Shown: positions 1 to 7,732 of the stretch, in pieces | Numbering within the stretch: position 1 is the stretch's first letter | Layout: each line of letters opens with the position of its first letter | Assembly (NCBI GenBank): GCA_947595045.1 | Contig: CANQEN010000002.1 | Coordinates: 1-47,596 of the forward strand | Source: an uncultured Bacilli bacterium | Lineage (GTDB): Bacteria; Bacillota_I; Bacilli_A; RF39; UBA660 | Direction of reading: 5' to 3' | DNA length: 47,596 nt | The notes under the pieces: model-generated | The model's database searches: none | Told to the model about the DNA's origin: nothing | Seen by the model: only the letters and a program-made list of their open reading frames with translations | Position numbers and translations under genes: made by a program

Positions 1-894
1 CAAATGGATGGAGCAATTTTAGTTATTGCTGCTACTGATGGACCTATGGCTCAAACTCGTGAACACATCTTATTATCACGTCAAGTTGGAGTACCTCGTA
101 TGGTTGTCTTCATGAATAAGTGTGATATGGTAGATGATCCAGAATTATTAGATTTAGTTGAAATGGAAATTCGTGAATTATTAAGCGAATATGGTTTTGA
201 TGGAGATAACACACCAATTATTCGTGGATCTGCTCTAAAAGCTCTTGAAGGTGATCCTGCTTGGGTAGGAAAGATTAACGAATTAATGGATGCTGTTGAT
301 ACATGGATTGAAACTCCAGAGAGAGATACTGAAAAACCATTCTTAATGCCAATTGAAGACGTTTTTACAATTACAGGACGTGGTACTGTTGTTACAGGAC
401 GTGTTGAAAGAGGTCAATTAAAACTTAATGATGAAGTTGAAATTGTTGGATTAAAAGAAACTAAGAAAACAGTTGTTACAGGAATTGAAATGTTCCGTAA
501 ACAATTAGATTATGCTGAATCAGGAGATAATGCTGGTGTGTTATTACGTGGTATTGCCCGTGAGGAAGTTGAACGTGGTCAAGTATTAGCTAAACCTGGT
601 ACTGTTACACCTCATACTAAGTTTAAAGCACAAGTTTATGTTTTAAGCAAAGAAGAAGGTGGACGTCATACTCCATTCTTCTCAAATTATCGTCCACAAT
701 TCTATTTCAGAACAACTGATGTTACTGGCGTTATTGAATTACCAGAGGGTGTAGATATGGTAATGCCTGGAGATAATGTTGAAATGACTGTAGAATTAAT
801 TGCTCCAATCGCTATTGAAAATGGGACTAAGTTCTCAATTCGTGAAGGTGGTAGAACAGTTGGTTCTGGTAATATTTCTGAAATCATTGAATAA
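1..894 (+). CDS. tuf: Elongation factor Tu, 5'-truncated by the window edge
   Basis: Open from base 1. Translation (Q)[24 protein letters not shown]...GRHTPFF...[13 protein letters not shown] matches the end of the EF-Tu G domain plus domains II and III. Stop TAA at 892-894. Confidence 0.95.
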   Translation, partial: QMDGAILVIAATDGPMAQTREHILLSRQVGVPRMVVFMNKCDMVDDPELLDLVEMEIRELLSEYGFDGDNTPIIRGSALKALEGDPAWVGKINELMDAVDTWIETPERDTEKPFLMPIEDVFTITGRGTVVTGRVERGQLKLNDEVEIVGLKETKKTVVTGIEMFRKQLDYAESGDNAGVLLRGIAREEVERGQVLAKPGTVTPHTKFKAQVYVLSKEEGGRHTPFFSNYRPQFYFRTTDVTGVIELPEGVDMVMPGDNVEMTVELIAPIAIENGTKFSIREGGRTVGSGNISEIIE

Positions 895-908
895 TAATAT
901 TTATATAT

Positions 909-951
909 AAAAAAGAAATTAAAATTTTAACAATTAATTTCTTTTTTTTTT
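909..951. terminator. Bidirectional rho-independent terminator between convergent tuf and fem-like genes
   Basis: Hairpin AGAAATTAA (914-922) / TTAATTTCT (934-942), flanked by an A-run on the left and a T-run on the right. It overlaps the last codons of the minus-strand gene. Confidence 0.6.
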
Positions 952-2160
952 AGTTATAGCATAAATAGTTGGATTAATAATTAATTCAAAATCACCAATA
1001 TACTCTAATCCTTCAGCACCAAAACTTAATTTAGAATGATTTAATCCTTTATCTATATTTTCGTTAGATAGGGGACTTATTAAATTACCTAAGTTAAAAA
1101 CTTTGTAATTTTCTTTAGTATATTTATCTATTAGTTTCCAAATTAATAATGGTCTTGCATTAAACATTTTATATTTATAATCTATACTATCTAAATATAA
1201 ATATACTTGATTTCGATATTTAATTGTAATAGCGCAAGCAATGATTATACCATTAGGATAATCACGAAGTAAATTAGTGGCATATACTAATTGTTTTTTT
1301 AGATTATTCAGTTCATTATCTGCTGCAATTTTCTTAGCAATGAATTTTTCATTGTTTCTTCCTTTTTCACTGAATACATTATCAGTTCTTTTACGACATT
1401 CAACAATTTGTTTTTGATATTTTATTTGAATATGTCTAAGATACAGTGATGGATCTAAATGAGCAAAATGTATATCTAACATATCACTTTGGCTAAAGTA
1501 TTTATATATATTTTCAATATCTTTTTGCTCATAGGAATATTTATACTTTAATTGTTCATACATAAAAGGTATTTGTAATTCGTTTCCTTTATAAATTCTA
1601 ATACCTTTAGCATCACTACTTCTAATTTTAGTACGATAATTTTTGTGTATGTCTACAAAAGAATTTACAATATTGCGATCAATATTTAAAATAGCATCAA
1701 AGGTAGATGTAGAATTAATATGATTATATTTTAAAGATTTTAGTGTTGTAATAATTTTTCCTGCTTGTGGGTTAATATCAGTAATAAGATTGTGACCTTT
1801 AAAGATGTACTTTGCTTGCCAAATTAAAGGAGAAATAGTTAGAGTCACTATCCCTTTTTTCTTTAACCAATTTTTTATTAATTTAGTAAATTCAGTTAAT
1901 AAATTATTATCATTATAATCAATTAAGAACCCTTTTGGAGCATAAGCATACTTTAATTTATTATTTTCCTTAATACAAATTAAAGAAGCAGCTATTATAT
2001 TATTATAATCATTTTTAATACCTATGAAAAATGATGAATTAAATTTATGATTAGTTATTAATCCATATTCTTTTGTTTGGTATATAGAATAGATAGGATA
2101 ATTATTGGTAAATTCACTAAACTCATCATTAGAAAGTTCTACTAATTGCATAATAACCAC
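934..2160 (-). CDS. FemAB/FemX/MurM-family aminoacyl-tRNA-dependent peptidoglycan interpeptide-bridge transferase
   Basis: 408 aa. Two acyltransferase-like halves are separated by a coiled-coil insert (KKIAADNELNNLKKQLVYA), as in the staphylococcal Fem proteins. YAPKGFL and C-terminal FGAEG...IGDFE segments are present. GTG start at 2160; alternative ATG at 2151. Confidence 0.7.
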   Translation of the reverse strand: MVIMQLVELSNDEFSEFTNNYPIYSIYQTKEYGLITNHKFNSSFFIGIKNDYNNIIAASLICIKENNKLKYAYAPKGFLIDYNDNNLLTEFTKLIKNWLKKKGIVTLTISPLIWQAKYIFKGHNLITDINPQAGKIITTLKSLKYNHINSTSTFDAILNIDRNIVNSFVDIHKNYRTKIRSSDAKGIRIYKGNELQIPFMYEQLKYKYSYEQKDIENIYKYFSQSDMLDIHFAHLDPSLYLRHIQIKYQKQIVECRKRTDNVFSEKGRNNEKFIAKKIAADNELNNLKKQLVYATNLLRDYPNGIIIACAITIKYRNQVYLYLDSIDYKYKMFNARPLLIWKLIDKYTKENYKVFNLGNLISPLSNENIDKGLNHSKLSFGAEGLEYIGDFELIINPTIYAITKKKRN

Positions 2161-2220
2161 GCATTCCTTTCATTTTGTTAAAGGCATACAGAGTCATGAA
2201 AATAATTATTTTTCAGACTA
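2161..2220 (-). promoter_or_regulatory. Conserved 60-nt leader module, copy A, directly upstream of the fem-like gene
   Basis: Reverse complement reads TAGTCTGAAAAATAATTATTTTCATGACTCTGTATGCCTTTAACAAAATGAAAGGAATGC then GTGGTTATTATG. It aligns without gaps to 3305-3376 and 23326-23397. Confidence 0.6.
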
Positions 2221-2387
2221 CATCTTTTTTCAATACCAATAAATTATATCATAATTATTATTCTTTTCCCATAATATAGTATTAAATTTATTAAAAAGAT
2301 TATAATTATTTGATTTGGCATTCGCTTTTTATTTTTGACATTATTTTACATAATATTGGTAATATTATTTATTTTATGTGAAAATAT

Positions 2388-2443
2388 GTTAGAAAAGTAA
2401 TTAATTTTGTTATAATGAGTGTAGAGACTAGTATTTTACTAGT
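2388..2443 (+). promoter_or_regulatory. Putative sigA promoter (extended -10) plus 5'-UTR hairpin of the FolD-like gene
   Basis: TGT-TATAAT at 2408-2416 with a weak -35 GTTAGA at 2388-2393. A perfect inverted repeat ACTAGTA-TTT-TACTAGT lies at 2427-2443, between the -10 and the SD (AAAGGAG). Confidence 0.35.
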
Positions 2444-2472
2444 TCATAAACTAAAAAGGAGCGAATTTAATT

Positions 2473-3297
2473 ATGTGTAAGATATTAAGTTGTATTGAAT
2501 TAAATGAGCAGATTCAAGAACGGATTAAGCAGGAATTGAAAACTTGTATGATTAGACCGAGCATTGCTGTTATTAAAGTCGGAGATAATGAGTTAATTGA
2601 TTTTTCAGTTAAGAAAAAAGAACAATTGTGTAGTAATATTGGTATTTATTTTAGATTATTTGAGTTTGAAAATAATACTCCAGAGTTAGCCATAATTAAT
2701 AAGATTAAAGAATTAAATAATGATGAATATGTACATGGCATTATGGTTGAATTACCATTGCCTAATAATTATAATGAACGAAGAATATTAAATTCTATTA
2801 GTAATGTAAAGGATATTGATGGATTAACGGATATAAATGCTGGACGTTTAATGAATGGACGCAGAGCCTTGATTCCTAGTACTGCGCAATCTGTTTTTAA
2901 GATATTAGAAATGTATAATATACCTGTTTTTGATAAAAATATTTTTATTATTGGTGGATTAACTCATATAAATCGTTCATTGACTAGTTTATTTATGGCA
3001 AAAAAAGCTAACGTGATTTGGTGTCAAGATGAAGCTACTAATATCGATGATAAATTATCTTTGGCTGATATAATTATTATTGGTAGTGATATAAGTGATA
3101 TGTTTAATATTAAATGCCTGAAAGATGAATCGATTATTATAGATTTGGGTATTTGGAAAAATCACCAGTTTACATCAATTATAGATGAAACAATTATTAA
3201 AGAATATACTCATGTCTCTATTCCTAATGGTATTAATTTAGTTGCATTATCTATATTATTAGAAAATGTTATGTTATGTTATAAAAATATAAAATAA
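2473..3297 (+). CDS. Divergent FolD-like protein (methylene-THF dehydrogenase/cyclohydrolase fold) with eroded cofactor-binding motifs
   Basis: 274 aa. N-terminal half is FolD-like (PSIAVIKVGDN, VKKKEQLCSNIGI, HGIMVELPLP, KDIDGLTDINAGRL). The Rossmann motif G-x-S-x-x-VG-x-P reads IIGGLTHINRS, and PGGVGPMT reads IPNGINLVA. Confidence 0.6.
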   Translation: MCKILSCIELNEQIQERIKQELKTCMIRPSIAVIKVGDNELIDFSVKKKEQLCSNIGIYFRLFEFENNTPELAIINKIKELNNDEYVHGIMVELPLPNNYNERRILNSISNVKDIDGLTDINAGRLMNGRRALIPSTAQSVFKILEMYNIPVFDKNIFIIGGLTHINRSLTSLFMAKKANVIWCQDEATNIDDKLSLADIIIIGSDISDMFNIKCLKDESIIIDLGIWKNHQFTSIIDETIIKEYTHVSIPNGINLVALSILLENVMLCYKNIK

Positions 3298-3304
3298 TAG
3301 GTTA

Positions 3305-3364
3305 TAGTCTGAAAAATAATTATTTTCATGATTCTGTGTGCCTTTAATAAAGTGAAAGAAATGT
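3305..3364 (+). promoter_or_regulatory. Conserved 60-nt leader module, copy B, directly upstream of the SLT-like gene
   Basis: TAGTCTGAAAAATAATTATTTTCATGATTCTGTGTGCCTTTAATAAAGTGAAAGAAATGT then GTGGTTATAATG. Palindrome at 3310-3328. Confidence 0.6.
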
Positions 3365-4459
3365 GTGGTTATAATGGATAAAATACAAGATAAATATTAT
3401 AGTACTGGATCAACAGATAAACATAATTATAATAGAAATAGAAAATATAAATTAGGGCATTATAATAGTTATCATACTATTGAAAAAGGTAAATGGCCTA
3501 AAATAATAAAAAATGGGGTCTGCTTAGTAGTTGGAAGTATAACAATATTAGTTTTTTCTAATAAGCTAATTGGCAATTATAGTGAACAAAATGTGACTTA
3601 TAATATTGAAAATATATCTAATATTAATGGAACCAACACTATTTATAGTGTTGAAGAAACATCTAATACTACGGTAGAGGAATCTTCTGAATTGACTACT
3701 GTTGATTCTTTTTCACTTGAAAACAGAATCAAAAATATCCCACAGAATAGTCAATTTATGATTGGGACGAAGGTAGATACTAATAAACTGACTGAATTTT
3801 CTGATACAGAGATGGGTAAAATATTTATTAAGTATGCACAACAGTTTGGAATAGACCCATATTTATTAATAGCCCAGGCTATTCAAGAAACACAATTAAA
3901 TCATTGGGATTTTATCTGTGGTGGAAATAAATATAATGGTTATAGTGTGGGTGTTTGTCAATTGGAAAATCCTAGTGGAAATCCCATCACGGCATATGAT
4001 TATAATTGTAATGAGTATATAACTGAATATATTACAATGGATAATGCACAAAATCTAGATACCAATATTAAAATAGCAACTATGCAAATGCAAAATAAAT
4101 TATATGATTATAATGGTAATCCATATTTAGCGTTGCAGTCTTATAATTATGGTACTGGTATGATAGATATAGCTTTAAATCATTATAGTGAAGAAATAGG
4201 ACAATCTGTTGAAAACATAATGCAAGATTATCAAAATTTTGGATGGCTAAAATATATTTATGATATGCATGAAAATCCTAGTAAGTATTTATCAAATTGG
4301 AGTTTTAATACTTATGGTGATGGAGAATATATTAAACATGTTTTGCAATATTTTCCTGGTACTAATACATATTATAATTATGATAATAAATTATATGAAA
4401 TTAATTTAAATAATGGTGAAATTGTAAAAGTGGATATTATTGATAATAAAGTAAAATAA
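3365..4459 (+). CDS. Membrane-anchored lytic transglycosylase (SLT/GH23-like domain)
   Basis: 364 aa with an N-terminal TM (GVCLVVGSITILVF). SLT motifs: LIAQAIQETQLN (catalytic Glu), GVCQL, ALQSYNYGTG. GTG at 3365; alternative ATG at 3374. Confidence 0.7.
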   Translation: MVIMDKIQDKYYSTGSTDKHNYNRNRKYKLGHYNSYHTIEKGKWPKIIKNGVCLVVGSITILVFSNKLIGNYSEQNVTYNIENISNINGTNTIYSVEETSNTTVEESSELTTVDSFSLENRIKNIPQNSQFMIGTKVDTNKLTEFSDTEMGKIFIKYAQQFGIDPYLLIAQAIQETQLNHWDFICGGNKYNGYSVGVCQLENPSGNPITAYDYNCNEYITEYITMDNAQNLDTNIKIATMQMQNKLYDYNGNPYLALQSYNYGTGMIDIALNHYSEEIGQSVENIMQDYQNFGWLKYIYDMHENPSKYLSNWSFNTYGDGEYIKHVLQYFPGTNTYYNYDNKLYEINLNNGEIVKVDIIDNKVK

Positions 4460-4500
4460 ATCTTTTATAACTAAGGGGAAAATTTTTAAATGAAAGAAAA

Positions 4501-4536
4501 ATAGAAATAATAAATACGATTATTTCTATTTTCTTT
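4501..4536 (+). terminator. Rho-independent terminator
   Basis: ATAGAAATAAT (4501-4511) / ATTATTTCTAT (4519-4529), followed by a T-rich tract. Confidence 0.7.
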
Positions 4537-4689
4537 AAATAACTTTATATTATTAATTGTTAGTTTCTTCTTTTATACAATCATTTTGTCTATTATGTTA
4601 TTATTGTTATTGATATGATTGCTGACTATTTGATGGGATATATTGTATTCTACAATTTATAAAAGATAATCCTTTTTATCCACATATAC

Positions 4690-4718
4690 TTCACAAACTA
4701 CTAATGCTATGTTAAAAT
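4690..4718 (+). promoter_or_regulatory. Putative sigA promoter
   Basis: TTCACA (4690-4695), 17-nt spacer ending in TGT, TAAAAT (4713-4718). SD AGGAGG lies before the ATG at 4740. Confidence 0.45.
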
Positions 4719-4739
4719 AATTATATAGTAGGAGGCTGT

Positions 4740-6329
4740 ATGAATAGATTTGATAAAGGAAAAATTCAAATGCTGTTAATAAAGGGATTATTAACTTTAT
4801 CGATTATCCTTATCATTTTATATGTTCCTAATATTTTGTCTTTTTTTACAGGTAGTTATTTTACTAAAGATGAAGAGAATATTATTTTAACGGCAGCTAA
4901 ACAATATATTAACGATTATAAAGAAATTAGTAATTATACCGAATACTGTTTATCATTTAATACTTTAGAAGATAGTAGCCTATTAAGTAGTGAATCATTT
5001 GTTGATAGTAAACTATTAGATAATTATGTAGTAAAGTATTCTAAAGATACTGATAATTATCAAATTACTAAGATAAATTATTGCCATAATATAAAATCAC
5101 CTAATAAGTTATTGAGTAATATTGTTTTAAATAATAATCAGTGCCTTTTAGCCAAAAAAGATAATATTTATTATTTGGCAGGTAGTAAAAATGAATGTAA
5201 TAATAATTATTTATGGTATTCTGGTAAGTTATGGCGAGTCATATCTTATAATACTGATAATAAGTTAATTCAGCTTATAATGGATAATTCAGCTACTGTT
5301 TTACAGTTTGGAAATAATGCAATTTATGATGGCAGTTATATTGATCAGTGGTTGACTCAAGAATTTTTACCAACATTAGTTAATTATAATCAATATTTAT
5401 CTATGTTTAAATTTGGTACAGTTGATAGATATGTTGGGTTATTAAATAGTACAGAATATAATAGTATTTGTTCAAATAAAAATTGTTATTTATTAGATAA
5501 TACTATTAATAAATCATTTTGGTTTATAGATTCTATTGGCAATAATAAAATTAATAGTATTTATACAAGCACTAAAGCTGTTATGCCTACTTTGCAAGGA
5601 TTAGGGGTTAGACCAGTTATTTATATGCATGGTGATATTGTTATTAATGATGGTGTAGGTAGTATTGATAATCCCTATAGAATAGAGAATAATAATAATG
5701 AATTATTAAATGAACATACTAGTGGAGAATATGTAGAGTTTGATAATGCATTATTTAGAATTGTTGCTATTGAAGATGGTATGACTAAGATAACGTCTGT
5801 ATCAATTCCTGATACTTTACAAAATAAACAGTTTGATAGCTATAGTAGCAATAATTATAGAAGTGCATCTATTAATTATTATTTAAATAATAACTATTAT
5901 AATAGTATTAGTGATAATTATAAAGCTATGATTGTACCTAATACTACTTGGTATATTGGTTCATCTAATGGTAATGTATTTAATTATAAATTGAATATAT
6001 GTGCTTATTTAGATAATAATACTTCTGTTAAAGATTGTATAAAGACAACTAACGTTGCTACTGCAACTATTGGTATGCCTAGATATGGAGAATTATTTAC
6101 TACTCAATTAGATCGTTCAACTTCTAAAACATTTTGGACACTATCTCCATATTATACAACTAGTCTTAGAGGTATTAATGATCAAGGGTGGTTATTTACA
6201 AATATTGATGTCTTTCCTAATTTATTTCTAAATATTAGACCTTCATTTTATTTAGATCCAAAAGTTAAAGTTAGTTGTAATTATGATTATTGTGGTACTT
6301 ATGAGCATCCTTATGATTTAGTATTATAA
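4740..6329 (+). CDS. Membrane-anchored surface protein: pilin-like N-terminal region plus two copies of a WR(V/I)I...RP...PY module; paralog of 39032-40258
   Basis: 529 aa with an N-terminal TM. AAKQYINDY...YCLSFNTLEDSSLL resembles AGAKEYITDN...YCLTVAELVDMGYV of the prepilin at 39032. Two modules are present: KLWRVISYN...GVRPVIYMH...NPYRI and ALFRIVAIE...NIRPSFYLD...HPYDLVL. Confidence 0.5.
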   Translation: MNRFDKGKIQMLLIKGLLTLSIILIILYVPNILSFFTGSYFTKDEENIILTAAKQYINDYKEISNYTEYCLSFNTLEDSSLLSSESFVDSKLLDNYVVKYSKDTDNYQITKINYCHNIKSPNKLLSNIVLNNNQCLLAKKDNIYYLAGSKNECNNNYLWYSGKLWRVISYNTDNKLIQLIMDNSATVLQFGNNAIYDGSYIDQWLTQEFLPTLVNYNQYLSMFKFGTVDRYVGLLNSTEYNSICSNKNCYLLDNTINKSFWFIDSIGNNKINSIYTSTKAVMPTLQGLGVRPVIYMHGDIVINDGVGSIDNPYRIENNNNELLNEHTSGEYVEFDNALFRIVAIEDGMTKITSVSIPDTLQNKQFDSYSSNNYRSASINYYLNNNYYNSISDNYKAMIVPNTTWYIGSSNGNVFNYKLNICAYLDNNTSVKDCIKTTNVATATIGMPRYGELFTTQLDRSTSKTFWTLSPYYTTSLRGINDQGWLFTNIDVFPNLFLNIRPSFYLDPKVKVSCNYDYCGTYEHPYDLVL

Positions 6330-6356
6330 AAGGTGCCTATTTAGTTATGGCACCTT
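6329..6356. terminator. Bidirectional terminator between convergent genes
   Basis: AAGGTGCC (6329-6336) / GGCACCTT (6349-6356), followed by TTTATTTT. It overlaps the 3' end of the sspI-like gene. Confidence 0.65.
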
Positions 6357-6546
6357 TTATTTTATTTATAATGTTGTTTTGTTCATCATCAGAACTTTGT
6401 TTCCATAATAATTCAAAAAATACACCAAGGCCTGGTAATGTAATTTCATCATTTTCAGATATGGCATCATTTATAGCTTTAGTAATTTCTTGTTCATTAG
6501 AGTCTTTAAAATTATTATAAATACTTTTTCTTATATCGATATTCAT
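6337..6546 (-). CDS. sspI: Small acid-soluble spore protein SspI-like
   Basis: About 69 aa. The LPGLGVFFELLW core and overall size/layout match my recollection of Bacillus SspI (LPGLGVLFE). SD AAAGGA favours the second ATG at 6546 over 6552. Confidence 0.6.
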   Translation of the reverse strand: MNIDIRKSIYNNFKDSNEQEITKAINDAISENDEITLPGLGVFFELLWKQSSDDEQNNIINKIKGAITK

Positions 6547-6590
6547 AATCATCGTCCTTTCTACCTCTAGTATTACCTATGATTTGTATT

Positions 6591-6884
6591 TTATAACATA
6601 TAATAGTTAGAATCGGTATATTTATTATTGTAAGTAGTAGTATTTTTATTTTCTAATTGACTGACACGATTTTCTAGTGAATTAATTTGTTGTTGCATAG
6701 TATTTAATTGTTGCTCAATAGTATTAGAAGTTGTTGCATAAGGGCTCATGTCCATATTATTAGTGGTACTTATATTAGGCATTGGTGGCATCATATTTGG
6801 AACACCTGGTAATACGCCAGGCACAGGGCCCATCATACCATATACAGGATAGGTATTCATTCCACAGTTACGATCTTTTTTCAT
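6591..6884 (-). CDS. Hypothetical small protein, Pro/Met/Gly-rich N-terminus and Q/N-rich coiled-coil C-terminus (spore coat-like composition)
   Basis: 97 aa. Strong SD (AGGAGGT) precedes the ATG at 6884. Repeats PGVLPGVPNMMPPMP, then QQLNTMQQQINSLENRVSQLE. Confidence 0.5.
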   Translation of the reverse strand: MKKDRNCGMNTYPVYGMMGPVPGVLPGVPNMMPPMPNISTTNNMDMSPYATTSNTIEQQLNTMQQQINSLENRVSQLENKNTTTYNNKYTDSNYYML

Positions 6885-6910
6885 ATACTTATTTACCTCC
6901 TAGTCTAGTA

Positions 6911-6939
6911 AATTATATGTTTTAGTTGTTTAAGATGTG
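6911..6939 (-). promoter_or_regulatory. Candidate mother-cell (sigE/sigK-type) promoter
   Basis: Minus strand reads CACATCTT-N12-CATATAAT, i.e. AC-N17-CATA. The layout is almost identical to the element at 15481-15507. Confidence 0.3.
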
Positions 6940-6967
6940 CTAATAAACTACATAAATAGCTATTTAC

Positions 6968-6996
6968 TTGTGTTAGGATTATAAATACGATATAAT
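6968..6996 (+). promoter_or_regulatory. Putative sigA promoter of trmB
   Basis: TTGTGT (6968-6973), 17-nt spacer, TATAAT (6991-6996). Confidence 0.5.
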
Positions 6997-7012
6997 AAGT
7001 GTGGTGATAAAC

Positions 7013-7642
7013 ATGAGGCTTAGAAATGTAAAAGGAGCATCTCAATTGATTAAGAATTCTCCTTATGTATTTAATGATTATGCCAATATGAGGGGTAAAT
7101 GGTCATCAGTTTTTGGTAATAGTAATCCTATTCATGTAGAAATAGGTATGGGGAAAGGGAAATTTATTATTGAAAGTGCTAGAAAAAATCCTGATATTAA
7201 TTATATTGGTATAGAACGCTTTGATAGTGTTTTAGTGCGTGCTATACAGAAACTTGATAGGGAAAATTTAGCAAATTTGCGTATTTTAAAAGTAGATGCT
7301 GAATGTATAGATCAATTATTTGTTAATGAGATTACTGAGTTATACCTTAATTTCTCTGATCCTTGGCCTAAAAAAAAGCATGAAAAAAGAAGATTAACTA
7401 GTACTTACTTTTTAAATAAATATGAAAATATTTTTAAAGATGAACAAAGGATTGTTATGAAAACAGACAATCGTCATTTGTTTGAATTTTCAATTATATC
7501 AATGGTTAATTTTGGTTATCACATAGAAGAATTAATTTTGAATTTATATGATGAAGATATAACATTGAATATAGCAACAGAGTATGAACAAAAATTTAGT
7601 GAGCAAGGATATCCAATATATAAAGTAGTAGTAAGTAAATAA
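7013..7642 (+). CDS. trmB: tRNA (guanine46-N7)-methyltransferase
   Basis: MRLRNVKGA..., EIGMGKGKFI (SAM motif), NYIGIE, YLNFSDPWPKKKHEKRRLT. The ATG at 7013 is preferred over the upstream GTG at 7001, which lies at or before the predicted TSS. Confidence 0.85.
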   Translation: MRLRNVKGASQLIKNSPYVFNDYANMRGKWSSVFGNSNPIHVEIGMGKGKFIIESARKNPDINYIGIERFDSVLVRAIQKLDRENLANLRILKVDAECIDQLFVNEITELYLNFSDPWPKKKHEKRRLTSTYFLNKYENIFKDEQRIVMKTDNRHLFEFSIISMVNFGYHIEELILNLYDEDITLNIATEYEQKFSEQGYPIYKVVVSK

Positions 7643-7732
7643 TCGACATAGATTTTACATATTGAAATTATCACATGAAAAATAATAGTAATAATGATTT
7701 TTTTTTGATATAATAAAATAAAGAGGTGAGGT

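Noticed and set aside
702-887. 61-aa minus-strand ORF inside tuf
   Set aside because: It is fully antisense to a highly conserved EF-Tu coding region and has no SD. This is a typical shadow ORF.
3310-3328. Assigning the leader palindrome to a known regulator (CodY box AATTTTCWGAAAATT, Fur/PerR 7-1-7 box, cre, WalR TGTWAH repeats) or to an ECF promoter (TGAAAC-N16-CGT)
   Set aside because: Best by-eye matches were about 11/15 to the CodY consensus and only the AT-rich core to Fur-type boxes. There is no CGT-type -10 at the ECF spacing. In a genome this AT-rich such partial matches are expected by chance.
3361-3381. Mini-ORFs starting at the conserved ATG inside the leader module (MCGYNG* here, MCGYCEYYHRSY* in copy C, MRGYYAISRTF* in copy A)
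   Set aside because: Only the first four codons are shared, because they are part of the repeat. Lengths and sequences then diverge and stops are not conserved. They are more likely a by-product of the conserved nucleotide block than a leader peptide, although a regulatory uORF cannot be fully excluded.
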